Shown: positions 47,328 through 56,446 of the stretch, in pieces
How positions within the stretch are numbered: position 1 is the first letter of the stretch
Layout of the letters: every line of letters starts with the position of its first letter
Translations under genes and position numbers: made by a program
Source of the DNA: a virus
Length of the DNA: 64,000 nt
Virus record (IMG/VR): IMGVR_UViG_3300030329_006605
Coordinates: 1 to 64,000 of that record
Strand: one strand, 5' to 3'
The notes under the pieces: model-generated
Seen by the model: only the letters and a program-made list of their open reading frames with translations
Databases searched by the model: none
Told to the model about the DNA's origin: nothing

Positions 47328-48194
47328 TCATTTTCTCCAGCGAGTCAAGGATTCCGCGAGAGCTTCTTCTGTTGTCCTAATATTAACTCCTGTAGATAAA
47401 AGTTTAGAGTTATCTAGAATACAGTTAGATCTTGGAGCACTTGCTCCAATTTCGTAAAACTGTTGTTCACTCTCAAAAAAATCAAAATTCTTATTAATAT
47501 TTAAATATCGATGCATAATCTGCACTACTTGTGCAGTAGAAACAAATCCAGAATTTACAATATTATATATCCCGTAGGGGGCTTTCTTTTTAATTAAATC
47601 ATAACAAGCATTAACAAAATCATATCTATGAGACACAGAGTTTTTCATATCAAGTAATTTATCATAATTAAGAAGTTTAGACAAATAGTTTCTTGGGCTA
47701 TTTATATGGTCAAAGGGTATTCTAAGCCTACATACATAAGTCTTATCTCTGTTGATTAATTCTTCTGCTAAAGCCTTGGTTCCAGAATAAAACGAACCAT
47801 TATTAGTTTTAAAACAAAAATTAGGGGGGTCTTCTTCAGTATATTCCTTGTCATAGCCATTATATATACAACCAGAAGAAATATGACAATATATAGCGCC
47901 GAATCTAGCGCAGAGATTGGAAAGCATCACTGGGAATACGACATTGCCAGCAATCGTCTCGGCCTTGCGTGTTTCACACGCGTCTACATTGGGTTTTCCA
48001 ATGAATCCAGCACAATTAATAACAACATCATATTTACATGCTCCTATTTTTAAAAAGAACGAATTTAATTCTTCATAATTAGTATAGTCTACTTCACTTC
48101 TAGATAATGCATTGTATTCTATATTCCGTCTTTTAGCTTCTTCTACAAAAGCTTTACCAATATAACCAGATTTACCCAAAATTAAAATCATAAT
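47328..48194 (-). CDS. NDP-4-keto-6-deoxyglucose 3,5-epimerase/4-reductase (RmlD/NRS-ER-like)
   Basis: LGKSGYIG, NCAGFIGKPNVDACE, SSGCIY, SFYSGTK and RLRIP. Start probably at MILIL rather than the track's 48230. Confidence 0.85.
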   Translation of the reverse strand: MMILILGKSGYIGKAFVEEAKRRNIEYNALSRSEVDYTNYEELNSFFLKIGACKYDVVINCAGFIGKPNVDACETRKAETIAGNVVFPVMLSNLCARFGAIYCHISSGCIYNGYDKEYTEEDPPNFCFKTNNGSFYSGTKALAEELINRDKTYVCRLRIPFDHINSPRNYLSKLLNYDKLLDMKNSVSHRYDFVNACYDLIKKKAPYGIYNIVNSGFVSTAQVVQIMHRYLNINKNFDFFESEQQFYEIGASAPRSNCILDNSKLLSTGVNIRTTEEALAESLTRWRK

Positions 48195-48499
48195 TATTCG
48201 TCTTTTTCCTCTGTTTTGTTTAAATACCACATTCGAAATAAAAATACAGCGCCAAAAATAGCTAAAGTTAAAAACAACCAGCCAACAATAGATTTACCTG
48301 TCTCAATCTGGGTTTCTGTTGGCTCAAAAGGCTCTGGTTTATCCTTTTTGGGTGGTTGATCTTCTTTGTCAGGCAAAATTGGATCTAAAACAGCCTCTCC
48401 AATATTAGTAAAATAGCCGCCAACCTTTTTTATCGTCCCACAACCAGCAAAAGAAACAATACCAAATATCAAAAACACCAAAATTATATTATTTTTCAT
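48194..48499 (-). CDS. Putative lipoprotein with C-terminal transmembrane helix
   Basis: Signal peptide ending FAGC and a hydrophobic C-terminal segment. Confidence 0.6.
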   Translation of the reverse strand: MKNNIILVFLIFGIVSFAGCGTIKKVGGYFTNIGEAVLDPILPDKEDQPPKKDKPEPFEPTETQIETGKSIVGWLFLTLAIFGAVFLFRMWYLNKTEEKDE

Positions 48500-49355
48500 T
48501 TTTTATTAAATTTTCTAGATAAGTTTTATACTCGCAGTCTGAAAGTTCATTTATTATATCTTTTAATTTGTCTTTATCTATAAATTTGCTTCTTAACGCG
48601 GCCTCTTCAGCGCACCCAACCTTAACACCCTGTCTTTTTTCTATAACTTCAATGTATTCTGCTGATTCATGAAGCGCGGTTGTCGTTCCTGCGTCCAGCC
48701 ACGCACACCCACGGTTAATTTTATGTACATTTAATTGATTTTTATTCAAAAAGTGCTTATTTACATCAGTTATCTCTAGCTCTCCTCGCTTTGAGGGCTT
48801 CAGATTCTCCGCGACTTCAACAACAGTATGGTCATACAAGTAAAGTCCGGGCACAGCGAAGTTACTTTTTGGTCTTTTGGGTTTTTCCTCTAACGAAATC
48901 GCCACCCCTTCGTCATTAAACTCCACAACACCATACCTAGAGGGGTCTTTTACCTCATATCCAAATATCGTTGCCCCACTTTTAAAGCGTGAGAACGCTT
49001 TTTTAAACACACTAGAGCCAGCAAATATGTTATCGCCCAAAATTAGCGCCACCTTTTTGTTTTGGATGTGTTCTTTTGCTATAATGAAGGCGTCCGCTAT
49101 GCCTCTGGGCTCTTCTTGTATAAGAAAATTAAATTTTACGCCAAATCGAGCGCCATCGCCCAATAATTTTTTATAATTAATTATATTAATTGAGTCGCTA
49201 ATTAATGTTATGTCTTTTATCCCGTTTTCTATTAAAGTTGTAAGGGGATAATATATCATAGGCTTGTCATATACAGGTAGGAGTCCCTTGCTGACGATTT
49301 CAGTTAAAGGGTATAGCCTACTTCCCTTACCTCCGGCTAATATTATTCCTTTCAT
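48489..49355 (-). CDS. rfbA: Glucose-1-phosphate thymidylyltransferase
   Basis: GIILAGGKGSRLYP, LILGDN, EEKP, RGELEITD and WLDAGT. Confidence 0.97.
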   Translation of the reverse strand: MKGIILAGGKGSRLYPLTEIVSKGLLPVYDKPMIYYPLTTLIENGIKDITLISDSINIINYKKLLGDGARFGVKFNFLIQEEPRGIADAFIIAKEHIQNKKVALILGDNIFAGSSVFKKAFSRFKSGATIFGYEVKDPSRYGVVEFNDEGVAISLEEKPKRPKSNFAVPGLYLYDHTVVEVAENLKPSKRGELEITDVNKHFLNKNQLNVHKINRGCAWLDAGTTTALHESAEYIEVIEKRQGVKVGCAEEAALRSKFIDKDKLKDIINELSDCEYKTYLENLIKNEK

Positions 49356-50200
49356 TTATCTTTTGAACGAGTTATTTCCCAAACGTAGATTCCCATGTGG
49401 CCGTTAAATACTTTTTTATATTTCATGCCATTTTCATCTACAAAACCGTTGCTTTCTTTAGATTTTTCTTTTTTTGATTTACGCTGCTTAGAACCATCTT
49501 CTCCGTTGTCTGGAATTTTCATGCTAATATATTATAACGCGTATTTAGTTCGCGTCAACTCTTTGTTTAACTGCGCGAATATTTATTAATATTTATAAAA
49601 AATCTAGATTTCAGGGGGTCGGGCAGATAAAAATCAAGCCCCCACCATGAATATTCGCACACAGATACCCTTGTTTTTCAAAAAAAGGGGGTGGGTCACT
49701 TTATAGCAACCCACTTCCCAATTTCAATATGACATACAACATTAACAAAGATATAATCAACAACATAAACGTTCTTTTGTTCCTTTCATTGATATAATAT
49801 AACACACAATCAAAGTCTTGTCAAGTGATTTTCTAAAAAAAGTTATTCACAATAATGAATGACGTAGAAAAGGCAGCGCGCCCCGCGCCAAATAGGCCAA
49901 ATGCTTGTATTTAAGATATTTGGCTTATCTTAGAAATACAGCGCCAAATGCGCCAAATGCTTGTATTTAAGATATTTGGCTTATCCGAGAAATCCGAACA
50001 CCATCCCAATCAGGACGCCTATCGCTCCACCAATTAAGAAGCCACATTTGAAGTCTGCTGTTGTTTTCATATACCTTAATATACCACAGAACGAAGGTAA
50101 TGTCAAGCGATTTTTTTGGTTTAATTCTCGCCGCCCGTTTCATGCCAAACGCCTTTTACAAATGGTTATTTGGAGCTTGTCGTTAATCTGAGAAATTCAA

Positions 50201-50443
50201 TTAGCAAAAATTGTTGTAACCAGATTCCTTAAATGTTTGCCCACTGCGGTGGATTACTTTTGGCTCGCTAAAATGCTTTTCAAGAATGTCAAACTGATGT
50301 TCGCTTGTGCCTCTGTTGTTGGCGTACTCTAACATTCTGAGCTTCATGCAAGCCTTGGGAAAGGTTTCTTGCATCTTGGCGACAGCAAGATTCTCTTGCG
50401 TTGTGGTCGGTACTTCGTTAGTTGGTAGGTTTTTCTTTTGCAT
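50201..50443 (-). CDS. Hypothetical early protein
   Basis: 80-aa ORF in the early operon. Confidence 0.55.
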   Translation of the reverse strand: MQKKNLPTNEVPTTTQENLAVAKMQETFPKACMKLRMLEYANNRGTSEHQFDILEKHFSEPKVIHRSGQTFKESGYNNFC

Positions 50444-50444
50444 A

Positions 50445-50693
50445 CTAGTTAACTTTTACAAATTCATCTACATTCATTGACCAGACCGAATCAATTACTC
50501 TACCGTCTGGGCTTACTTCTATAATCTCAACGCCGCCAACCAACAACTTGGCATCGACTGCGTGCTGCAAGCACTCGTGTGCTTCCTCTAGTAATGCGTC
50601 AAATGACTTGCGACACTTGACCCGTGAGTTGAATACATCACCCAGAAACCAGAGTTCATAGGTGGCTTGCTTGTTATCTTCTTTAATCATCAT
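50445..50693 (-). CDS. Hypothetical early protein
   Basis: 82-aa ORF. Confidence 0.6.
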   Translation of the reverse strand: MMIKEDNKQATYELWFLGDVFNSRVKCRKSFDALLEEAHECLQHAVDAKLLVGGVEIIEVSPDGRVIDSVWSMNVDEFVKVN

Positions 50694-50736
50694 GCGTTCA
50701 GTATATCACAGAGGGTGGGACATCCGTAGACCCACC

Positions 50737-50970
50737 TTAAAACTTTTCTACAAAAAATTCTTCGCCCCACGCTTCCAAGTGAAATTCTTGCTTGGGTAGC
50801 CACCCCATCCAGCCATCCGATGCGCGAACGAGCCACATAGGGGGGAAGGCGTTATCATTGCGACGTTCTAAAATGAAACCTTTTGCTCCATGCTCACGAA
50901 TGCGATTTTTGGTGCGGGTAGTAGCCTTACTATTGGGGCTGATTAGAATGCGCTGTTCTTCAATGTTCAT
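50737..50970 (-). CDS. Hypothetical early protein (leaderless)
   Basis: ATG directly after the -10 box. Confidence 0.65.
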   Translation of the reverse strand: MNIEEQRILISPNSKATTRTKNRIREHGAKGFILERRNDNAFPPMWLVRASDGWMGWLPKQEFHLEAWGEEFFVEKF

Positions 50971-51059
50971 GAGTATAATATAACACATAAAGAGCCACTT
51001 GTCAAGGGATTTTTTAAGAAAAGTTATTCACAATTGTCTTGGCACAGAATAAGCTGCCC

Positions 51060-51251
51060 TTAGTACTCCAAGTCCCATACGCTGACACGCTCAAGCGGAG
51101 CCCATTCTACGGGGTGCTTTAAGCCCCACCAGTCATTTTTTGAGATCCTGATCGCCTCATAGGCGGTCATTTGGTAGTAGTTGGCTGTGCTGCCATCGTT
51201 GAAGGTGATAGTCCAATCTTGTTTGGGTTCATTGCCGAAGTCATACATCAT
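51060..51251 (-). CDS. Hypothetical early protein (leaderless)
   Basis: ATG directly after the -10 box. Confidence 0.6.
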   Translation of the reverse strand: MMYDFGNEPKQDWTITFNDGSTANYYQMTAYEAIRISKNDWWGLKHPVEWAPLERVSVWDLEY

Positions 51252-51411
51252 GCTATCAATATAACACAGAATGCCCCCCTTGTCAAGTCTTATGACACAA
51301 GTTTTTTTGACACCAGATCGGCAGCGGTTCTCATGCCAAGCAAATGGCAGGCCAAGCACGCCAAAGGCTTGTATTTAAGATATTTGGCTTATCTGAGAAA
51401 TCTTTGAGAGA

Positions 51412-51591
51412 TTAGTATTCCCAGCCACGCTCCATTGCATCAGCGCATGAGTCACAAGTGCCATGGTCAGAGGACATCTCTTTCTCAAGCCCACACCGCT
51501 TGCACTCCTTAACTACATAGTCGTATTTCCCAATAAACCGACCAACGTACTCGTCGCCACGGTTATCATGCTCATAGTAATTGCTACTCAT
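51412..51591 (-). CDS. Small zinc-finger protein
   Basis: CKRC...CDSC. Confidence 0.6.
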   Translation of the reverse strand: MSSNYYEHDNRGDEYVGRFIGKYDYVVKECKRCGLEKEMSSDHGTCDSCADAMERGWEY

Positions 51592-51766
51592 AATCATATC
51601 CCTCCATCTGATTGAAGTCAGCAAGGTCATCCATGCCTGACCCGTCACCGGGCCAACACCCACCCCACCCATCATAGGGTTGCGCCTCCTCTGGCTGCAC
51701 CTGTATCATATCACGCAAGGGGTGAGATTTGTCAAGTTTTGAATTAGGGTATTCGTTCTCATTCAT
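51584..51766 (-). CDS. Small acidic early protein (leaderless)
   Basis: MNENEY...GWGGCWPGDGSGMDDLADFNQME. Confidence 0.6.
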   Translation of the reverse strand: MNENEYPNSKLDKSHPLRDMIQVQPEEAQPYDGWGGCWPGDGSGMDDLADFNQMEGYDYE

Positions 51767-52143
51767 TGGTACAATATAGCACACAAAGCCCCATTTGTCA
51801 AGGGAAAAGTTATTCACAGTTTCGTAAAATCGACGAATTTCACACCTGAGAAATCACCCCTTTTTACGAAATCTTTTTACCAAATACCCCGCAAAAACAA
51901 GGTTATCTCTCAAAACAATTGCCCCCTTTGTCGCTCATTAATTGCCATAATTGATTGACAAAAAAGTTTGCCGCTCACGGGTGATCGACAAATAAATTTG
52001 CCGATCAAAAAAACAAGAAAATGATTGACAAACTTGGCACGAATCCGGCTGCACATTCCATGCCACCCCCCCTAGGGGGGTCTCTCATTCTGTTGCCACG
52101 CAGAGGTTGCGCCGAGTCTTAACTCAGGGGCAAGAAGCCGTGA

Positions 52144-52356
52144 CTACATCCGATTATAATCGGAGTAAGGGTCATCCATGTCTGAATGCCACTCCATGAG
52201 ATTTTCCTCACGGAAACGACGGTCAACAGGATGAGGCCGATCTAAACAGACCAACCAACCCCTTCCATCACGAGGAGAGCCAACCACTTGGCCCTTCTCC
52301 CCGTTATGGGTCACGACTTCCATGCCTAGTGCTATGGTCGTCATAGATTTCAACAT
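52144..52356 (-). CDS. Small SH3/KOW-like protein
   Basis: GMEVVTHNGEKGQVV...WLVCLD. Confidence 0.5.
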   Translation of the reverse strand: MLKSMTTIALGMEVVTHNGEKGQVVGSPRDGRGWLVCLDRPHPVDRRFREENLMEWHSDMDDPYSDYNRM

Positions 52357-52367
52357 ATACAGAACCG

Positions 52368-52490
52368 CTAGGGGTGCTTGGGCTTACGCCTAAAGCTACC
52401 CTTGCCCCTCTTGGGCTTGTGGGGGCGCGTGGCGCTACCCATCAACCCTTGAGGGTTTACTCTGGCTTTGATATTTTTGGTTTTAGCCAT
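52368..52490 (-). CDS. ArfA-like peptide (alternative ribosome rescue factor A motif), 40 aa
   Basis: MAKTKNIKARVNPQGLMGSATRPHKPKRGKGSFRRKPKHP, compared with the ArfA core KGKGSYxRKxKH. Below the ORF-track size cut-off. Confidence 0.65.
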   Translation of the reverse strand: MAKTKNIKARVNPQGLMGSATRPHKPKRGKGSFRRKPKHP

Positions 52491-52626
52491 CTTGCCAATC
52501 TAGCGTTTCTTCCACTTCTTCATCTGAAGGGATTTCAACACCCTCACAGATTTTGTCAAGGAGCTTGCGAGTGCGAGCCTCTTCAATCTCCTCCTCGTTC
52601 CATATGTCTACTATCTCATCGAACAT
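52483..52626 (-). CDS. 47-aa highly acidic early peptide (leaderless)
   Basis: MFDEIVDIWNEEEIEEARTRKLLDKICEGVEIPSDEEVEETLDWQDG, with ATG 5 nt after the -10 box. Confidence 0.6.
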   Translation of the reverse strand: MFDEIVDIWNEEEIEEARTRKLLDKICEGVEIPSDEEVEETLDWQDG

Positions 52627-52847
52627 ACCTAAATATAGCACATAAATGACCCCCTGTCAAGGGCTGAAATGCATTTTGTGAATAACTTTTTCCTTGGCAC
52701 GAATCCGGCTGCAAATCCCATACCAAATAGAGAGGGGGGTAGGGGTGCGACCCCCACCCTCATAGCCACCCCCAGCGGCTATTTGTACAAATGCTTGATT
52801 ACCAACCCGAGCAATAGCACAATCAATATTGTGGCCAATATCATAAG

Positions 52848-53051
52848 CTATTCGTCTGAGCCGAATACCATATCTTGGCAGCATTGGCATAGACCGCTAA
52901 TGCCATACTCCTTGCGTGAGAGTTCGTCATTGAACTCAAGGTTGAACTCGCCGCACTTGACACATTGACCGTTGTGCATCGCCACGGTGCGGCTACGGCC
53001 AAACATCTGCATTCCCATGTCCTCTTTGAACTGCTCTAACTTGCTTAACAT
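52848..53051 (-). CDS. Small zinc-finger early protein
   Basis: CVKC...SRKEYGISGLCQCCQD. Confidence 0.7.
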   Translation of the reverse strand: MLSKLEQFKEDMGMQMFGRSRTVAMHNGQCVKCGEFNLEFNDELSRKEYGISGLCQCCQDMVFGSDE

Positions 53052-53195
53052 ATACTATAATATAGCACAGGTTAGGCTATCTGTCAAGGGGTTTTTTTCA
53101 CTTTTTTTTCTTGGCACGAAACCGGCTGCGAATCCCATGCCAGCCCTAGTCACGCTGCGTTTAAAGCGTAGGGTCGCAACTGGCTGGGGGCGGTA

Positions 53196-53447
53196 TTAGT
53201 ACCGCCTGCCGTCTGGGTTGACCTTGCTCCACTGGTCAGCGATACCACTTGGTAGCTGGTTGAGGATACCCAACACCTCGTTGAGCCTATCCTTCTGCTG
53301 GTTGAGCAGGGCAACCGTAGCCTTGAAGTTCTGAACGTCTTGGTCGGTGAGCGTCTGCACGTCAGCCACAGCATTGAGTTGCTGGGTGAGTTCAGCGGCT
53401 TGTTGAGAGAGGGTGATTACGTTGTTGTTGTCTTTCTTGTTTGTCAT
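53196..53447 (-). CDS. Coiled-coil early protein (leaderless)
   Basis: ATG directly after the -10 box. Confidence 0.65.
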   Translation of the reverse strand: MTNKKDNNNVITLSQQAAELTQQLNAVADVQTLTDQDVQNFKATVALLNQQKDRLNEVLGILNQLPSGIADQWSKVNPDGRRY

Positions 53448-53689
53448 ATTCCTATAATATAGCACACAAATGGCCTCTTGTCAAGGGCTGAAAGGCACTT
53501 TTTTTCACTTTTTTTTCGGCATGAGAATGGCTGCAGTTTTCATGCCAACGTATAATTGTTATAATGATCCAAGGCGTGTTATTTATGATATTTGTATCTA
53601 TTTGGCAGATATGAGAAGACACAAAAAAACGCGAGCCAAGAAGAAAGGACAAAACACTTGGCTCACGTTCTGAGGAACGGACGTTATGA

Positions 53690-53887
53690 TTAGCCGTCCG
53701 TTTGCTGTAGGTAGGTTTCAACCTCGTCAGCACTTGCCATAGTTAGATTGTCAGCTTTTACTGCAACCAACTTGTTACTGTGCGACCTTGAACAACTCAC
53801 GGATGAGCTATTCAGTTGTCCCCTTACCCTTACAATTTCGTTTCCTGCTTTGTACAGGCTTCCGTTTCTTACTTCTTCGATTTTCAT
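53690..53887 (-). CDS. Small SH3-like early protein
   Basis: 65-aa ORF behind its own promoter. Confidence 0.6.
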   Translation of the reverse strand: MKIEEVRNGSLYKAGNEIVRVRGQLNSSSVSCSRSHSNKLVAVKADNLTMASADEVETYLQQTDG

Positions 53888-53930
53888 GTTAAATCTATTA
53901 TAGAGGTTATTTATGTTATGTCAAGCACCT

Positions 53931-54215
53931 TTATAGCTCCGACAGTGGCTTTGATTCAAACCACAAGTCACGCTCAACGTGTAGACCAAGCGGCCCACGA
54001 ATAGACTCAAGCTCTGCCAAGCTAAAATAACCAAGCTCCTTCTCAAAGCCGTCAACCAACCCAAAGAATGTATCTTTTCCGTCGAACTCTGTAGCATACC
54101 AAGTCCAGTTCGCGTCTGGGGTAAAGAATTTCGCAATGGCTTTCGGATCTTCGACCTCCTCTTGGGAGTAGAGTTGAGGAAGTTGCATCTGTAGGTCTTT
54201 CGTCATCAATTTCAT
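53931..54215 (-). CDS. DUF2958-family protein
   Basis: KFFTPDANWTWYATE...FFGLV..ELGYFSLAEL...VERDLWF. Confidence 0.85.
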   Translation of the reverse strand: MKLMTKDLQMQLPQLYSQEEVEDPKAIAKFFTPDANWTWYATEFDGKDTFFGLVDGFEKELGYFSLAELESIRGPLGLHVERDLWFESKPLSEL

Positions 54216-54339
54216 ATAGTATAATATAGCACAGAAACGGGGTTTTGTCAAGGGTTAGAAAGCACTTTTTTTCACTTTTTTTCTTGGCACGAAACTGGCT
54301 GCGAATCCCATGCCACCCCCCGAGGGGGGTATAGGGTAT

Positions 54340-54561
54340 TTAGGCTTTCGCCGCCACGAGGTCGTCAAACTCCCACATTGTGCCAGCCGTGTTTCCCTCT
54401 ATGTGGTCCCCGTATTCAGGGATGCGCCCCTCACGGAGCGAAGCGATGTTCTTGAGGTCTACCTCAGTGAGATGCGAATACCCTCCATTGCGTTCGGCAA
54501 TGTCCTTTTGGAGACGGCTGATGTGGGAGGCGAATAGTTCTTCTAGTTTGTTGTTCATCAT
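54340..54561 (-). CDS. Hypothetical early protein (leaderless)
   Basis: ATG directly after the -10 box. Confidence 0.6.
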   Translation of the reverse strand: MMNNKLEELFASHISRLQKDIAERNGGYSHLTEVDLKNIASLREGRIPEYGDHIEGNTAGTMWEFDDLVAAKA

Positions 54562-54641
54562 AAGGATACAATATAGCACAGAAACAGCAATCTGTCAAGG
54601 GCTTTTTTGAAGTTTTTTTAGTTCTGTGGGCGCAGCCGATT

Positions 54642-54890
54642 TCATGCCAAATCCCAATCGCTTGGACCGAATGAATCATTACCTTTATCTTTATTTTTTC
54701 TTATTTGGTCAGCTAACCCCTCAAGAATCTTACTAGGATTTGGAGAGGTTCGTAATAGACTAGCCAACAGCCCTAGATGTTCATAATCCTTATCGGGTGC
54801 GTCCTCCCACCCATGGTGTTTGGTCCATATAGCTGAACGACGTGTGCGGCTATTTTGAAATATAGCAAATTCTGGAACTTCATTATTCAT
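54642..54890 (-). CDS. Hypothetical early protein
   Basis: 82-aa ORF. Confidence 0.55.
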   Translation of the reverse strand: MNNEVPEFAIFQNSRTRRSAIWTKHHGWEDAPDKDYEHLGLLASLLRTSPNPSKILEGLADQIRKNKDKGNDSFGPSDWDLA

Positions 54891-55040
54891 TGTTATATTC
54901 TTACTAGTACCATTTTCCGTTTATAAACGCTGGGCCTTGCGGTAACTCAAACCGCACCTCACCAGTCATTTGTAACTCGGTTACAGTTACACCCTTGGGT
55001 TTGTCCTCTAGTTCGTTTAACAATCTTACGAACTCCGCTT

Positions 55041-55250
55041 CTACTGGTTCAGTGCCTTTGTCCATTCTATCTTATCTTCTAATTGTTCTAATACTTTTTG
55101 TTTGCTACCCTTAAAACCAAATTCTTCTTTAGTGATGGCGTACGCAGATCTACCGTTGCGTCTCATTCCAAGAATCTCAAGTTTAAGCGCACCCCGTAAG
55201 GCTTTTAATCTAAACAGTTCAATGAATGTAGGGTTGTCGTATTCTACCAT
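55041..55250 (-). CDS. Hypothetical early protein
   Basis: 69 aa, with AGGAG RBS. Confidence 0.65.
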   Translation of the reverse strand: MVEYDNPTFIELFRLKALRGALKLEILGMRRNGRSAYAITKEEFGFKGSKQKVLEQLEDKIEWTKALNQ

Positions 55251-55414
55251 TATACTAGCTCCTTTGTTGCTGTTGGTTTCTTGCCCTCTCGGACTAGGTT
55301 AACATCCCAGCAGACAGCATTTAATAGTTTGCTCTTATCTACGTTTCTGTTGCTTGCGATTACCGCCATCGTAAAGATGAAGTCGATTCGTTTTGATTCT
55401 TCTTTTGTCATAAT

Positions 55415-55672
55415 CTACATCCATTCAGGTTGGTAGTCGTTAAGATTCTCACATTCTAAATCATTGCAAGTGTAGCTAACGTGGTCACGAAATACATTCT
55501 TGCGATGCTCTACATCTTCAGGAGCAATGTAAGCTAAATTGTCCTCACATTCTTCCCAATCTTCTCTAATAGGGTAATCTGGCAAATCATGCACAGAGCA
55601 ACCAAGTCGAGTGTAACATACTTCATCCACGGCCTGAACGAAGTCCTTAAACGTGTAGTTTGTGTCTTTCAT
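55415..55672 (-). CDS. Acidic early protein (leaderless)
   Basis: ATG 7 nt after the -10 box. Confidence 0.65.
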   Translation of the reverse strand: MKDTNYTFKDFVQAVDEVCYTRLGCSVHDLPDYPIREDWEECEDNLAYIAPEDVEHRKNVFRDHVSYTCNDLECENLNDYQPEWM

Positions 55673-55727
55673 ATAATACAATATAGCACACAAAGCCCTG
55701 TTTGTCAAGGCATTGTGAATAACTTTT

Positions 55728-56003
55728 CTAAAGAGTGTCCTTTACGAGATGGTTGGCGATTGGGCCGAGGCTTTGCTCGGTGCGGTACTTTGTAAGCTCC
55801 CGAATCTCACTCACAAGGGTTACATCAAGAAACGCTTGCTTTGAATCGCCAAAGAAATCAACTTCTAATGTTCGCCCGTCAGCCATGATGCGGGTCACGA
55901 TTCCGGTACGACCACAAAATTCACTACGATGGTCGGTTACTTTAACCTCGTTGTTGAGGAGGAGTTGAGCTTCTTGTTGGATTGTCATTTCTTCGTTTTT
56001 CAT
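55728..56003 (-). CDS. KOW/SH3-like early protein (leaderless)
   Basis: VKVTDHRSEFCGRTGIVTRI...LEVDF. Confidence 0.6.
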   Translation of the reverse strand: MKNEEMTIQQEAQLLLNNEVKVTDHRSEFCGRTGIVTRIMADGRTLEVDFFGDSKQAFLDVTLVSEIRELTKYRTEQSLGPIANHLVKDTL

Positions 56004-56152
56004 TGATACAATATAGCACAGAATTGTCAGTTTGTCAAGGGGTTTTTTGAAGTTTTTTTCATTTTTTTCTTGGCACGAAAACTGCAGCGTTTTCCATGCC
56101 ACACCCCCCTAGGGGGTGGGGGGGCGTGGGCTAAGAATGTATTATTTATTTG

Positions 56153-56446
56153 TTATTTATCAATGTAACCTTCTTGTACGAGATAATCGCAAACATTCTG
56201 AAGTTGCCAATCTTTGATGGTGCTATTAAGGATTATTTCTTGTCGCTGGTGATCGAATAATATTGGGATCCCACCTATTACTATTCGCTCATCTCCCCTG
56301 CAACCCGGCGTGTAATAATTCGGATGAAGTTTTAATAGTTTGTATTTCTTTCTCATCTCCAGTTCAGCCTCGATAGAATCGCGGTCAAGAATACTACAAT
56401 TATAATTGTGATCCATATCATTTCCACTCTCCTTCCTTATATTCAC
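56153..56446 (-). CDS. Hypothetical protein
   Basis: ORF downstream of the gp88-like gene. True start uncertain. Confidence 0.5.
   Translation of the reverse strand: MNIRKESGNDMDHNYNCSILDRDSIEAELEMRKKYKLLKLHPNYYTPGCRGDERIVIGGIPILFDHQRQEIILNSTIKDWQLQNVCDYLVQEGYIDK

Larger units (their letters stand above)
49896..51402. repeat. Three copies of a ~42-bp repeat GCCAAAkGCTTGTATTTAAGATATTTGGCTTATCnnAGAAAT
   Basis: Copies at 49896, 49952 and 51360, each with an internal GCCAAA/TTTGGC inverted repeat. Confidence 0.9.
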
